The notes below the pieces were generated by a model that did not search any database, was not told where the DNA came from, and saw nothing but the letters and a program-made list of their open reading frames with translations. Positions 13,815-22,143 of a stretch of 31,983 nucleotides of DNA are shown piece after piece. Origin of the DNA: a virus (Duplodnaviria; Caudoviricetes). The stretch spans positions 1-31,983 of the IMG/VR virus record IMGVR_UViG_3300036713_000115, one strand, 5' to 3'. The translations under genes and the position numbers were made by a program. Numbering within the stretch: the stretch's first letter is position 1; each line of letters opens with the position of its first letter.

Positions 13815-15632
13815 CTAAAAGTTGATTTCATAATCTGTCCTTGGTAACGACTCAATCGGCTCTAAAATTCCATCTTTTCGTATTAAAGTTTGTACACCAT
13901 AATCCACATTACCAGAGTTAGATTTAACTAATGCAGCCTTAACCACACCCAATCTATCGTATGGTATATTCGCCTGTGCGCAGAGTTGTTCAGCATCTGA
14001 TTCACTTGGTACCCACATCGAGATTGCAAAACGTACTGAGTCCGTGATGCTCGATGCGCCTCTGATGTCGCTCTTATGAGAATAAGGATCATCACTATCA
14101 TTACTTATTGCTTGTTTATTAATATGGTGAGTGGTCAAAGTAGTACAACCAATGTTGGCACTAATCATTGCACAATAAGATCCCCAGAGCTGACCAGCTT
14201 CATTACTTTGTGAAACACTAGCTGTTGTAAATGCCTGGAGTGGATCAAAAGCTACAAGCTTTAAGTTGTCTATGGTTTTAAGCTCTTCTACTATTTGTTG
14301 TGCTTGTTCAGTAATTCCTTCTTCTCTTAATAATATCAACGGTTCTTTTTGATCTGGTACAGGAAATACATAAACATCATTGTTATGTCTAAACCTTTCT
14401 CCAAGTGGATCCAGCATATCAATTCTATTGTGAACCTCTACCAGGTCATCCTCAGCGCAAAAGACCACTGAAGATCCATGCTCGTTTATTGGTTTACCCC
14501 ACCAGGTACCACCTTTTGCAATTGCCAAAGCAAGTTGTAGTAAAGATAAAGACTTTCCAACTCCACCTGAACTAGCTAATATTCCTGGTTTAGCAAGTGG
14601 GATAAATGATTCAACTAAAAACTTTTGTGGTTCTGGTTTTTCTACTAAGTTACGAATTGCATACTTTTTAATATTAAATTTAGATTCAGTGAGTTCTTGC
14701 CTCACCTTATCTAAACCATGTTTTAAATATAAGTCATTATAATCTCCACGCTCGCTCGGCAAACGCACGCATGAATTGGTTACCGCTTGCACACACTCCT
14801 GTGCCTTCTTTTCACCAACTCCGCTTTCGTCATTGTCTAACGCAATTATAATTCTAGCACCTGAAAGCCTGCGTATTTGAAGGGCTACTGCCATGACGAA
14901 ATTGGCAGAAAATACGCAAGCTACAGGAATCTGGGTTGCTTCATAAATACTTGCAGAGGTTGAATAACCTTCTGCTAATATAATTTTATCTAATTTGGGT
15001 ATGTCTTTTATGTCAGCTCCAATAAGAAATATGTTTCCTTTTATTTCTGAATTAGAAACGAATTTTTTTTGACCTTTTTTATCAATATATTGTAGAGAAC
15101 GTATGTCTCCTGTTGTAGAATACACACCGCAAACCAAGGAATCCTGGTGTTGCTTTAACCCATAGTTTTTAATTTTTTTATTTGTGAGATATTCATGTTC
15201 AACAACATTCGCGTAAGATTCGAGCCAACCCTTAACTTTATCGGCCACTTCGTTGTTCCTTTGTTTTTTAGCTTCTTCGGACCTTTCCTTAGCCTCCTGC
15301 AATTGACTTTGTAAATCTTCTCTTTGTTGAGTTGTCATAGCTTGATGATTAACGCTAGACCATTTACCCTCAAAGCTTGTTTTCCAATTGCCAAAGGTTG
15401 CAAAGTAATTACCGTTAAGTTCATTAACGACATAATAACCAGATCTCTGGCCACCAGAGTCAGCTTTTATACCAGCCATTTCATTAACTGGTACTCTTAC
15501 TATTTCACCTGTTATGTGTAGATGATCTATTCGCAACCCTTGTGATTGCATTTCATTAATTAAATCGCTTGTATCTTTTGGTTTGTTTTGTTCTAAATTA
15601 TTTCCTTCTGGAAAGTATTTCGTCAGATCCAT
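13815..15632 (-). CDS. Primase-helicase (TOPRIM + AAA_25/RecA-type helicase)
   Basis: AEGYST, IIIALDND TOPRIM; SSGGVGKS Walker A; LVAFDPL Walker B; HH.NK, RGASS. Start 15632 or 15647. Confidence 0.9.
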   Translation of the reverse strand: MDLTKYFPEGNNLEQNKPKDTSDLINEMQSQGLRIDHLHITGEIVRVPVNEMAGIKADSGGQRSGYYVVNELNGNYFATFGNWKTSFEGKWSSVNHQAMTTQQREDLQSQLQEAKERSEEAKKQRNNEVADKVKGWLESYANVVEHEYLTNKKIKNYGLKQHQDSLVCGVYSTTGDIRSLQYIDKKGQKKFVSNSEIKGNIFLIGADIKDIPKLDKIILAEGYSTSASIYEATQIPVACVFSANFVMAVALQIRRLSGARIIIALDNDESGVGEKKAQECVQAVTNSCVRLPSERGDYNDLYLKHGLDKVRQELTESKFNIKKYAIRNLVEKPEPQKFLVESFIPLAKPGILASSGGVGKSLSLLQLALAIAKGGTWWGKPINEHGSSVVFCAEDDLVEVHNRIDMLDPLGERFRHNNDVYVFPVPDQKEPLILLREEGITEQAQQIVEELKTIDNLKLVAFDPLQAFTTASVSQSNEAGQLWGSYCAMISANIGCTTLTTHHINKQAISNDSDDPYSHKSDIRGASSITDSVRFAISMWVPSESDAEQLCAQANIPYDRLGVVKAALVKSNSGNVDYGVQTLIRKDGILEPIESLPRTDYEINF

Positions 15633-16008
15633 GTTTTGCCCTTTCATCGTCTTGTTGAGCTATTGCATTAGCCCAGTTTAAATATTGTCTTACTATAGAA
15701 GTAAAAACTTTTTTTCTCTTATCCCTATCCCACTTGTGTAATGCTTGATTACCTTCTTCTCTGGATAATTCTAAGTATATATCTTTGGTTTGTGCTATGG
15801 AGTATTCAACACCTTCGTCATTGAGTTGTGCTTTGTTAGGTAACCTTTTACCTTCTTTAATCTTTTTTAAATGATCCATACTGCACGCACCTAACCAATA
15901 GTCTCCGTCTTTGTAAAGTAGTGGCCCACTCGGATTTTTACAATATCCGCAAAGAGTGGGCCTGTTTTTACCATTAAAATTAAAATGGTGCATCATCCTC
16001 GCTCGCAA
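15598..16008 (-). CDS. Zn-binding small protein (CxxC...C..H)
   Basis: LCGYCK...WLGACSMDH; between SSB and primase; start uncertain. Confidence 0.6.
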   Translation of the reverse strand: MRARMMHHFNFNGKNRPTLCGYCKNPSGPLLYKDGDYWLGACSMDHLKKIKEGKRLPNKAQLNDEGVEYSIAQTKDIYLELSREEGNQALHKWDRDKRKKVFTSIVRQYLNWANAIAQQDDERAKHGSDEILSRRK

Positions 16009-16486
16009 CCGTTGTTCCCATTGCTGCTAAGTCAGAATCTGACGGACCAGTTTTAATATTATCATCTTCAACTTTTGGTTTTGGCTTTGCAGCAGATTCA
16101 GTTGCAGGTTGCCAGTTCTTACCAAAGTTTTCATCAATGACCATATACTTGTCATCGTTGTCCATTATTACTGGAGCTACGACTGACCTATCCATGAACT
16201 TATCCATAGATGTTAATGAGCCTAAACCCATTGCAGTTGCCATGGCTTTAAATGAATGTTTGCCACGTCTAACAACATCTGGATTATCATGTCCTACTGT
16301 AAAAGCATGATTAATTCTGAACGTTGAACTACCAACAGTAAAGAATACTTTGATTGCTTCCCAGTTATTTCTACCAGTTACAACCTCATATCCATCAAAG
16401 TTTAAAGTATGAACACCAGGCTCAATCTTCGCTTGTGATTCTGAACCAGAATCTGTGTTATCAAAATCATATTTTGTTAAATCCAT
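15980..16486 (-). CDS. ssb: Single-stranded DNA-binding protein (DUF669-like)
   Basis: IEPGVH N-terminal motif, acidic tail ending EDDAPF, follows Sak4. Confidence 0.75.
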   Translation of the reverse strand: MDLTKYDFDNTDSGSESQAKIEPGVHTLNFDGYEVVTGRNNWEAIKVFFTVGSSTFRINHAFTVGHDNPDVVRRGKHSFKAMATAMGLGSLTSMDKFMDRSVVAPVIMDNDDKYMVIDENFGKNWQPATESAAKPKPKVEDDNIKTGPSDSDLAAMGTTVASEDDAPF

Positions 16487-16499
16487 TTTTTACTCCTTG

Positions 16500-16628
16500 T
16501 TAAATCCAACATTTATATTCTGAACAATCATTTTGTGATTCGCCACAATGACGACAAAATCCATCTTCATCGTATTGTGGTTCATCATCATCACAAAAGT
16601 GTTCGTTAAGTTCTTTAGTATCAATCAC
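16500..16628 (-). CDS. 42 aa Cys-rich acidic peptide
   Basis: Translated by hand: ...FCDDDEPQYDEDGFCRHCGESQNDCSEYKCWI; GTGA coupling; GGAG SD. Confidence 0.6.
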   Translation of the reverse strand: MIDTKELNEHFCDDDEPQYDEDGFCRHCGESQNDCSEYKCWI

Positions 16629-17347
16629 TTCAACATCTCCTCACGGATTGCGTTCCAGTCCATTGGCAACTCATCTGGTAAGTTATATCTGTTTTTTGCA
16701 AGATACGCTGGGTCGTTGTTTGGATAAATAATTCTATCTCCAGATACAGTTTTAGTAGTCATACCACTTTTACCCTGTACTTTAATAGTACCTAACTTCT
16801 TAGCTGCAAAAAAACAAGCATCTGAATGTTCCAGCAATAAAGCTGAAGCTTTCTTATGGAGTTTAAGAGAATATCTATCGTAAGCTTCGATTCGTGGATC
16901 TTCCACTTTTCTTACCTCACTATGACATATCTGGAATATCATCATTCCTTTGTCTCTTAGTTTGTTAAGTTTTTCTATGTACTGACCCCAGTACCTCAAT
17001 GTTTCGGCATAGCCCTTTCCGTAGCTTGGTTGATCAATGGAAGCCCAGTTATTATCTGCACAAACTTTTTCCCATAGTAATCTCTCAAACCAATCCAAAG
17101 AATCAATACAAACAGTTTTGTATTCGTGTTCTTCAGCTGCAAGCTCATCAAGATTTTCCATGACATCTGCATAAGATTTACATGGTATGTTATCCATTTG
17201 TATTTTACCTAGACCATCTTCAACATCCAACATGATTGGATTTTTTGTCTGCGATGCTAAGTATGTTTTACCTACAGCTGCCTCACCATGAACTATTATT
17301 CTTGGTGGCTTTTGTACGGATTTTTTTCTTATATCAGCTAGACTCAT
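16625..17347 (-). CDS. sak4: Sak4-like AAA_24 ATPase / single-strand annealing protein
   Basis: GEAAVGKT, D.EDG, IDSLDW.E, YGKGY, AKNRYNLP. Confidence 0.88.
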   Translation of the reverse strand: MSLADIRKKSVQKPPRIIVHGEAAVGKTYLASQTKNPIMLDVEDGLGKIQMDNIPCKSYADVMENLDELAAEEHEYKTVCIDSLDWFERLLWEKVCADNNWASIDQPSYGKGYAETLRYWGQYIEKLNKLRDKGMMIFQICHSEVRKVEDPRIEAYDRYSLKLHKKASALLLEHSDACFFAAKKLGTIKVQGKSGMTTKTVSGDRIIYPNNDPAYLAKNRYNLPDELPMDWNAIREEMLK

Positions 17348-17610
17348 TTGGTCACCTCAATCTTTTTTTCTTCTATTGGCTCTAATATGTTTTTCATACG
17401 AGCCTCATAAGAACCAAGTAAGGTATTTAAATCATCAATATCATTATTAGCTTTTATAATAAAGTCATCTCTGATTTGTTTCTTTTCCTGCCAACGAACC
17501 ATCAATTCTTTTGCATTATCTGGCATTTCATTAATCTTATGTTCTTTGCCATCATCCGCAAACTTAATCGTTGGTTCATCAACGTTTTTGGTTTCACTAT
17601 TTTCACTCAT
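17344..17610 (-). CDS. Coiled-coil hypothetical protein (88 aa)
   Basis: AAGGAG SD before MSENSE; upstream ORF extension overlaps nuclease. Confidence 0.7.
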   Translation of the reverse strand: MSENSETKNVDEPTIKFADDGKEHKINEMPDNAKELMVRWQEKKQIRDDFIIKANNDIDDLNTLLGSYEARMKNILEPIEEKKIEVTK

Positions 17611-18340
17611 TAGTTTCTCCTTTGTTATATTGTTTATATAAATCGCAGATGCTTCTTGCGTTGCAAAAGCGACAATGATCCCCATAGACGTATACAGGGT
17701 TTTCCTCCAAGCATGCTTCCACGCACGGCTGTAAGAAATCGTAGGCCCAATCCACCAGAAACTCTGCGGTGGTGTTCCATGTCTTGATAGGTCCGCCACC
17801 CCATGTTGCGCGTGGCTGGACAATTGTAATTTCTACTTCAGTATCTTCATTGCCATAACGAGATAATGCACCAACTGCATATATCATGGCTTGTTTGTTG
17901 TGTTCTGGACTGACAGGATATTTACCTGTTTTTAAATCTATAACGCACATTTTATGTGGAGTAATTATTAGTGCGTCTGCATAACCATATAAATCTTCTG
18001 ATATTTCTTGGCATCTAACTTTTTGTTCTACTAATAGTTTGCCGTTTAATCTTTTAGCTCTCTCTTGCACATATTCCACATAAATCTTTGCGCAATCAAT
18101 CATGTCTTGGTCTACTGTTATTTCAAAATCTTCTACATATTCTTTTTTACCAAGCCAATAATCTTCAAGTGTGACATCAACTAAAAATCCTTTTAATAGT
18201 TGTTCTGTCATGTTGTGAATTAAAGTACCAACAGCGGCAGGTAATCCAACTTGATAATCAACTTTTGCTGCAAGCGTAGGCATGCCTGGACAATTGGTCC
18301 ATTTTTCAGCAGCTGATGGACTAAGTTTGGCGTGTTTCAT
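17603..18340 (-). CDS. DUF2800 / Cas4-like PD-(D/E)XK exonuclease
   Basis: HAKLSPS...W.NCP, GT..H, G.AD, IDLKTG, Q...YA, G.HCRFC...C. Confidence 0.88.
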   Translation of the reverse strand: MKHAKLSPSAAEKWTNCPGMPTLAAKVDYQVGLPAAVGTLIHNMTEQLLKGFLVDVTLEDYWLGKKEYVEDFEITVDQDMIDCAKIYVEYVQERAKRLNGKLLVEQKVRCQEISEDLYGYADALIITPHKMCVIDLKTGKYPVSPEHNKQAMIYAVGALSRYGNEDTEVEITIVQPRATWGGGPIKTWNTTAEFLVDWAYDFLQPCVEACLEENPVYVYGDHCRFCNARSICDLYKQYNKGETNE

Positions 18341-18521
18341 GTGATACCCTTGCTTCTGCTTCTGCCTCTATGATTTCGTCAATATCATATACAATTTTAC
18401 CATTTAGGTTTAAATAGTCTGGCCCTGTTTTCTTTGCACGCCAGCCCTCTATGGTTCTTGGAGATCTTCTCCATCTTTGAGCGAGTTGCTTAGTATCTAA
18501 AAAGATTTTATCTTTTTCCAT
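18321..18521 (-). CDS. Excisionase/AlpA-like HTH DNA-binding protein
   Basis: LDTKQLA.RW..S.RT...WR....GP.Y....G.I.Y. Confidence 0.85.
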   Translation of the reverse strand: MEKDKIFLDTKQLAQRWRRSPRTIEGWRAKKTGPDYLNLNGKIVYDIDEIIEAEAEARVSHETRQT

Positions 18522-18545
18522 TTAATCTCCCTTTTTGTTTTGATT

Positions 18546-18580
18546 TGTTATAATATATATGCAAATGTACTTGAATACAA
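18546..18580. promoter_or_regulatory. Overlapping divergent promoters
   Basis: + extended -10 TGTTATAAT 18546-18554; - TTGTAT(18580-18575)-17 bp-TATATT(18557-18552). Confidence 0.55.
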
Positions 18581-18607
18581 CAGTTAATTACAAAAAGGAG
18601 TGAAAAT

Positions 18608-18907
18608 ATGTCGATAGACGATATAAGAAAAGAAGAATGGGATCAAGCTGGTAAAAACAGCAAAAATAAAATTGCTGATATAAAACCAGACATGGTAAAC
18701 AGGCCAGAGCATTACCAGGGAATAGTGGAATGTATAGACCTAATAAGAGATAGAGTTGGTTCAAAAGGATATGCGGCTTATTTAGAAGGTAATATCTGGA
18801 AGTATTTATATAGACATAAGGATAAATATATAGAAGAGAACATTCAGGACTTAAAAAAATGTCAATGGTATTTAAACGAGTTAGTTAAATATTACGAGGA
18901 GTTATAG
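18608..18907 (+). CDS. DUF3310 family protein
   Basis: DMVN.P.HY, ECID, GN..KYL.R, DL.K..WYL. Confidence 0.88.
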   Translation: MSIDDIRKEEWDQAGKNSKNKIADIKPDMVNRPEHYQGIVECIDLIRDRVGSKGYAAYLEGNIWKYLYRHKDKYIEENIQDLKKCQWYLNELVKYYEEL

Positions 18908-18928
18908 GACTTTACCAAGGAGGTAGCT

Positions 18929-19144
18929 ATGAATTTATATGAGTTTGATGATCGTATCTTAAACGAAAGGAACGGAAGAAAGCCTGTATATATAAACAAA
19001 CATCTTGCTAAAAAGTTTAAGGATTTTTGTGAGAACCAACAGAAATCACCACATCAGGTGGCTGAGTATCTAATATCTTTAGGTATGAACTCTGTGAAGT
19101 ATTACGAAAAACCTAAAGTGTCTGTTGACATCGAAGCTCTTTAA
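18929..19144 (+). CDS. Ribbon-helix-helix-like DNA-binding protein
   Basis: RKPVYI..HL.KKFK.FC....KS...VAEYLI; AGGAGG SD. Confidence 0.6.
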   Translation: MNLYEFDDRILNERNGRKPVYINKHLAKKFKDFCENQQKSPHQVAEYLISLGMNSVKYYEKPKVSVDIEAL

Positions 19145-19526
19145 ATAGGTTTTTGGTATTCTCTAGAGTGTCCCACGCTTGAACATCCTCGTCTTTAAAA
19201 CTTATCTGCTTTAGACCTTCTGGAAACATAAACTGAACTGTTTGATGTTTTAAAGCAACCAAGGCATAAACATCTATGGCATTTTCTGTATAGAATCTTT
19301 CTTTGGTATAGGCACCGCGCCTAAAGTCATATGTCCATGACACTCTACAGCTTTGTATTTTTGATTGTGTTTTAACCTGGCATTTATATAGCGTGTGATC
19401 AACGTCAAAGATAATGTCTGCCTCCGCGCTGTGTGGAACTATCATTACAGTGTCTGCGTGTAAAGAAAGTAGCGAGGCTACTAAGTATTCTCCAGATCGG
19501 CCAACTCTTTCTGATTGGCGTGGCAT
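19113..19526 (-). CDS. PD-(D/E)XK endonuclease (group I intron-associated type)
   Basis: G..GE.LV...L, ADII, CQVKT, ID.YALV. Confidence 0.8.
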   Translation of the reverse strand: MPRQSERVGRSGEYLVASLLSLHADTVMIVPHSAEADIIFDVDHTLYKCQVKTQSKIQSCRVSWTYDFRRGAYTKERFYTENAIDVYALVALKHQTVQFMFPEGLKQISFKDEDVQAWDTLENTKNLFKELRCQQTL

Positions 19527-19530
19527 GGGG

Positions 19531-21039
19531 TTATTGCGTCAAGGGATTCAAAAATTCAGTAGTTGCTAAAGGAGCTGCTCTTTGTGCCGCTTGTGATCCT
19601 GTGCTTAATGATTCTAATAACAATCTTTGAGATAAAGGACTTTGGTAACTACCAAGAGTTAGAGCTGAAATGCCAGCAGATAAAGGATCTACAGCACCAA
19701 GACCGCCAAGTGCGGCTGAAGATGTTAAAAACCTAGGTATTGTTCCTGATTCTGGTATCTCTCTACCGAGAACATCTTCACCAAGTCTTCCAATATCCTG
19801 CAATCTTCCTTCACCAGTGAAACTTTTTCTTTTTGCAGATGTTGGATCTAATGCTCTGGACTGTCTCAATAATTGTTTTGGTGTAAATACAGAATCACCA
19901 GCTGCCACTGTGCCAGCCTTTGATATTGTTAATAAATCAGCATAAGCATTTTTTGCATTTTTATAATTCTTTACTATTGATTGCGGATTATTTTTTATTA
20001 AATGGTCTGAGAAAACACTATAGATATCAGAATATACATCGCCTATCTCTCTTTGTGCTGCGTCTGTGCTTGTAGAATAATTCCTGGCTTGTTTGTTTAA
20101 ATATGAATCTGCTTTTTGTAGATCTTTACCAGCTAATTGGCCGCTAACAGTTTTTCTTTTACTTTTTTCAAAAATCATTTTATTTAATTTGTTGTTTATT
20201 GCTTTGATTTCTGTTTTTGTTAATGGGCTATCCAGTAAAACATTATTAATATTTTGTTGTAACTCTGGAATGTTTTTAACCTTTAAAGTAGAAACGGTTT
20301 GATTCAATCTATCTAATATGGTTTTTTGAAAAACTTTTGGTGCGTCATCTATGTTTATATTTTTAGGCATTTGATAACCAATTTTATCTAACGCTCTATT
20401 ATAAACAGCCATATTAAAAGTCTCTTTTGATCTTTGTAAAGCTTCACCAGTTCCTAGCATTGGTATAGATGTAGCAGTTTCTTCTAATCTTTGTAAACCT
20501 TTTCCTATAACACTTCCTTCTGCACCTCCCATAGCTTGACCTGGAGTAAGCTCAACACCTTCTTCCATTAATTCTTTTGCCTGTGGAGTCTTTGTTGGTA
20601 ATACTTTTTGTAAAACAGGACCAGCAATACCAGATAAACCTGCGCTAACAGCACCTGATTTTAGTCTTTCTTCAACTGGACCTTCTGCCATACCCACGCC
20701 ATAAGCTCCGCCAGTTAAAGCACTTCTTCCTGCTGTTCCTAATGCTGTTCTTCCAACTCCTAAACCACCAGTAAGAACACCGCCAGCTATTTCAGAGCCA
20801 TAAGCTAAAGCTGGTTTTTCTTTTCTAAATAATTCAATTTCTGCACGGATTTCTTCAACTATATCATCGTAATCTTTATCGCTGGCTAACGATCTTGTAA
20901 AAGCTTCAACCTCGTCTCCGAAACCAAAAGCCAAGCCTTGTCCTAGTGCAGATCTTACAATATCTTTAAATCCACCTATTTTAGATCTATCTACGACAGA
21001 TTTATTTGGTGTATATTTTTTTCCTTTATAGTTTGCCAT
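19531..21039 (-). CDS. Internal virion / DNA ejection protein
   Basis: GQG..FGFGDE, Gly/Ala-rich segments, LTPGQ, IP.SGT..R; position after tail genes. Confidence 0.75.
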   Translation of the reverse strand: MANYKGKKYTPNKSVVDRSKIGGFKDIVRSALGQGLAFGFGDEVEAFTRSLASDKDYDDIVEEIRAEIELFRKEKPALAYGSEIAGGVLTGGLGVGRTALGTAGRSALTGGAYGVGMAEGPVEERLKSGAVSAGLSGIAGPVLQKVLPTKTPQAKELMEEGVELTPGQAMGGAEGSVIGKGLQRLEETATSIPMLGTGEALQRSKETFNMAVYNRALDKIGYQMPKNINIDDAPKVFQKTILDRLNQTVSTLKVKNIPELQQNINNVLLDSPLTKTEIKAINNKLNKMIFEKSKRKTVSGQLAGKDLQKADSYLNKQARNYSTSTDAAQREIGDVYSDIYSVFSDHLIKNNPQSIVKNYKNAKNAYADLLTISKAGTVAAGDSVFTPKQLLRQSRALDPTSAKRKSFTGEGRLQDIGRLGEDVLGREIPESGTIPRFLTSSAALGGLGAVDPLSAGISALTLGSYQSPLSQRLLLESLSTGSQAAQRAAPLATTEFLNPLTQ

Positions 21040-22139
21040 TAGTCAAAATCCGCTATTCTAAAGACCGTTAGTTTTGGGAAATTTGGATTTGTCATATCAA
21101 TATAAGCTTCACCATTTCTAATCAATCCTTTGTCATAAAATTCACCAATGTCTTGGCTTTGTAAATTAATCTGCTGATATAAAGGAGGTACTAAATTATT
21201 TTCTTCTAGGTATTGTTCAAAACCAACTGTGTTACCTTTATTTTTCAAAAAATATTTTTCTTTTTCTTTTAATAATTTTTGCTCTCTTTTTGCTTGCTGA
21301 ATCATTGTTGCAACCAACAATTCGTTAGATTCTTTTGATTTACCCAATCCTATAGTTGCTGTTGAAAATAAATTAGCTTCAAAGTCTGAAGTTGCACCAG
21401 ATCCAGGAGGCCTCATTCTAGGTACTGTATAGTTGGCTAGAGCTTGAAATAGCTCTTGTCCACTTACTTCTGTTTGATCTTGACCTGTCAAATCATTGTA
21501 AAGTTTCTTTAAAGGTAAAAACTTTTCTGTTAATGGACCTGTTACAAAGTCTGGATTTTGTAATAATATTTGCGCTGTTTGCAATCTTGGTATTAGCTCT
21601 CTGCTTGTTGTTGCAATTTTTCTGGACTCTGTAATATCTGTTTCTCCAAGTTTAGCTAGAGATTTAATATATTCCTCTTCTTCTTTTGGCAGTTGTACTG
21701 TTGTAGTAGAAGCTCCTGCTTTTTTTTGTCTTTCTAAAAATGCAAGATATTCTGCTTCAGTAGGTGTTGAGTCTGTTCTTATATATTCTTCATAGGAAGA
21801 TGGCCCTTTAGTTACTTTAGGAGCAAACGATCTAGGGTCTAAACCAGCTCTTAATAATTTAATCTGTTCAGCATATCTTGGGTCTTGTCCAAGTTCTTGT
21901 AACAACCTATCTTGTTTTGCTTGTTGCGTTTGTTGTTCAGCTAACTGCATCCTTTTAGGATCACCAGATAATATGGCGGTTGCTCTACCTAAACTTCTTT
22001 GTAAAGACTGCATACCTTCTTGTCTGCGTCTTTCAGCCTCTTCTGGTGATACTTGTTGCATAGGGTCATAGCCACCAACAGCTGTTAGACCTCTGCCTAC
22101 TCTTTGACCTAAACCTGAAAAAAAATCTCCTATTGCCAT
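21039..22139 (-). CDS. Internal virion / DNA ejection protein
   Basis: GSGATSDFE motif, helical, position. Confidence 0.7.
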   Translation of the reverse strand: MAIGDFFSGLGQRVGRGLTAVGGYDPMQQVSPEEAERRRQEGMQSLQRSLGRATAILSGDPKRMQLAEQQTQQAKQDRLLQELGQDPRYAEQIKLLRAGLDPRSFAPKVTKGPSSYEEYIRTDSTPTEAEYLAFLERQKKAGASTTTVQLPKEEEEYIKSLAKLGETDITESRKIATTSRELIPRLQTAQILLQNPDFVTGPLTEKFLPLKKLYNDLTGQDQTEVSGQELFQALANYTVPRMRPPGSGATSDFEANLFSTATIGLGKSKESNELLVATMIQQAKREQKLLKEKEKYFLKNKGNTVGFEQYLEENNLVPPLYQQINLQSQDIGEFYDKGLIRNGEAYIDMTNPNFPKLTVFRIADFD

Positions 22140-22143
22140 ATCT

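Noticed and set aside
13567-13855. Four overlapping short ORFs
   Set aside because: No RBS or motifs; region is better explained as a repeat-rich origin
17611-17823. N-terminal extension of the 159-aa ORF
   Set aside because: Overlaps DUF2800; strong SD supports start at 17610
17603-18340. Cas4 as evidence of CRISPR-Cas
   Set aside because: Typical phage DUF2800 in a Sak4/SSB recombination module; no other cas genes
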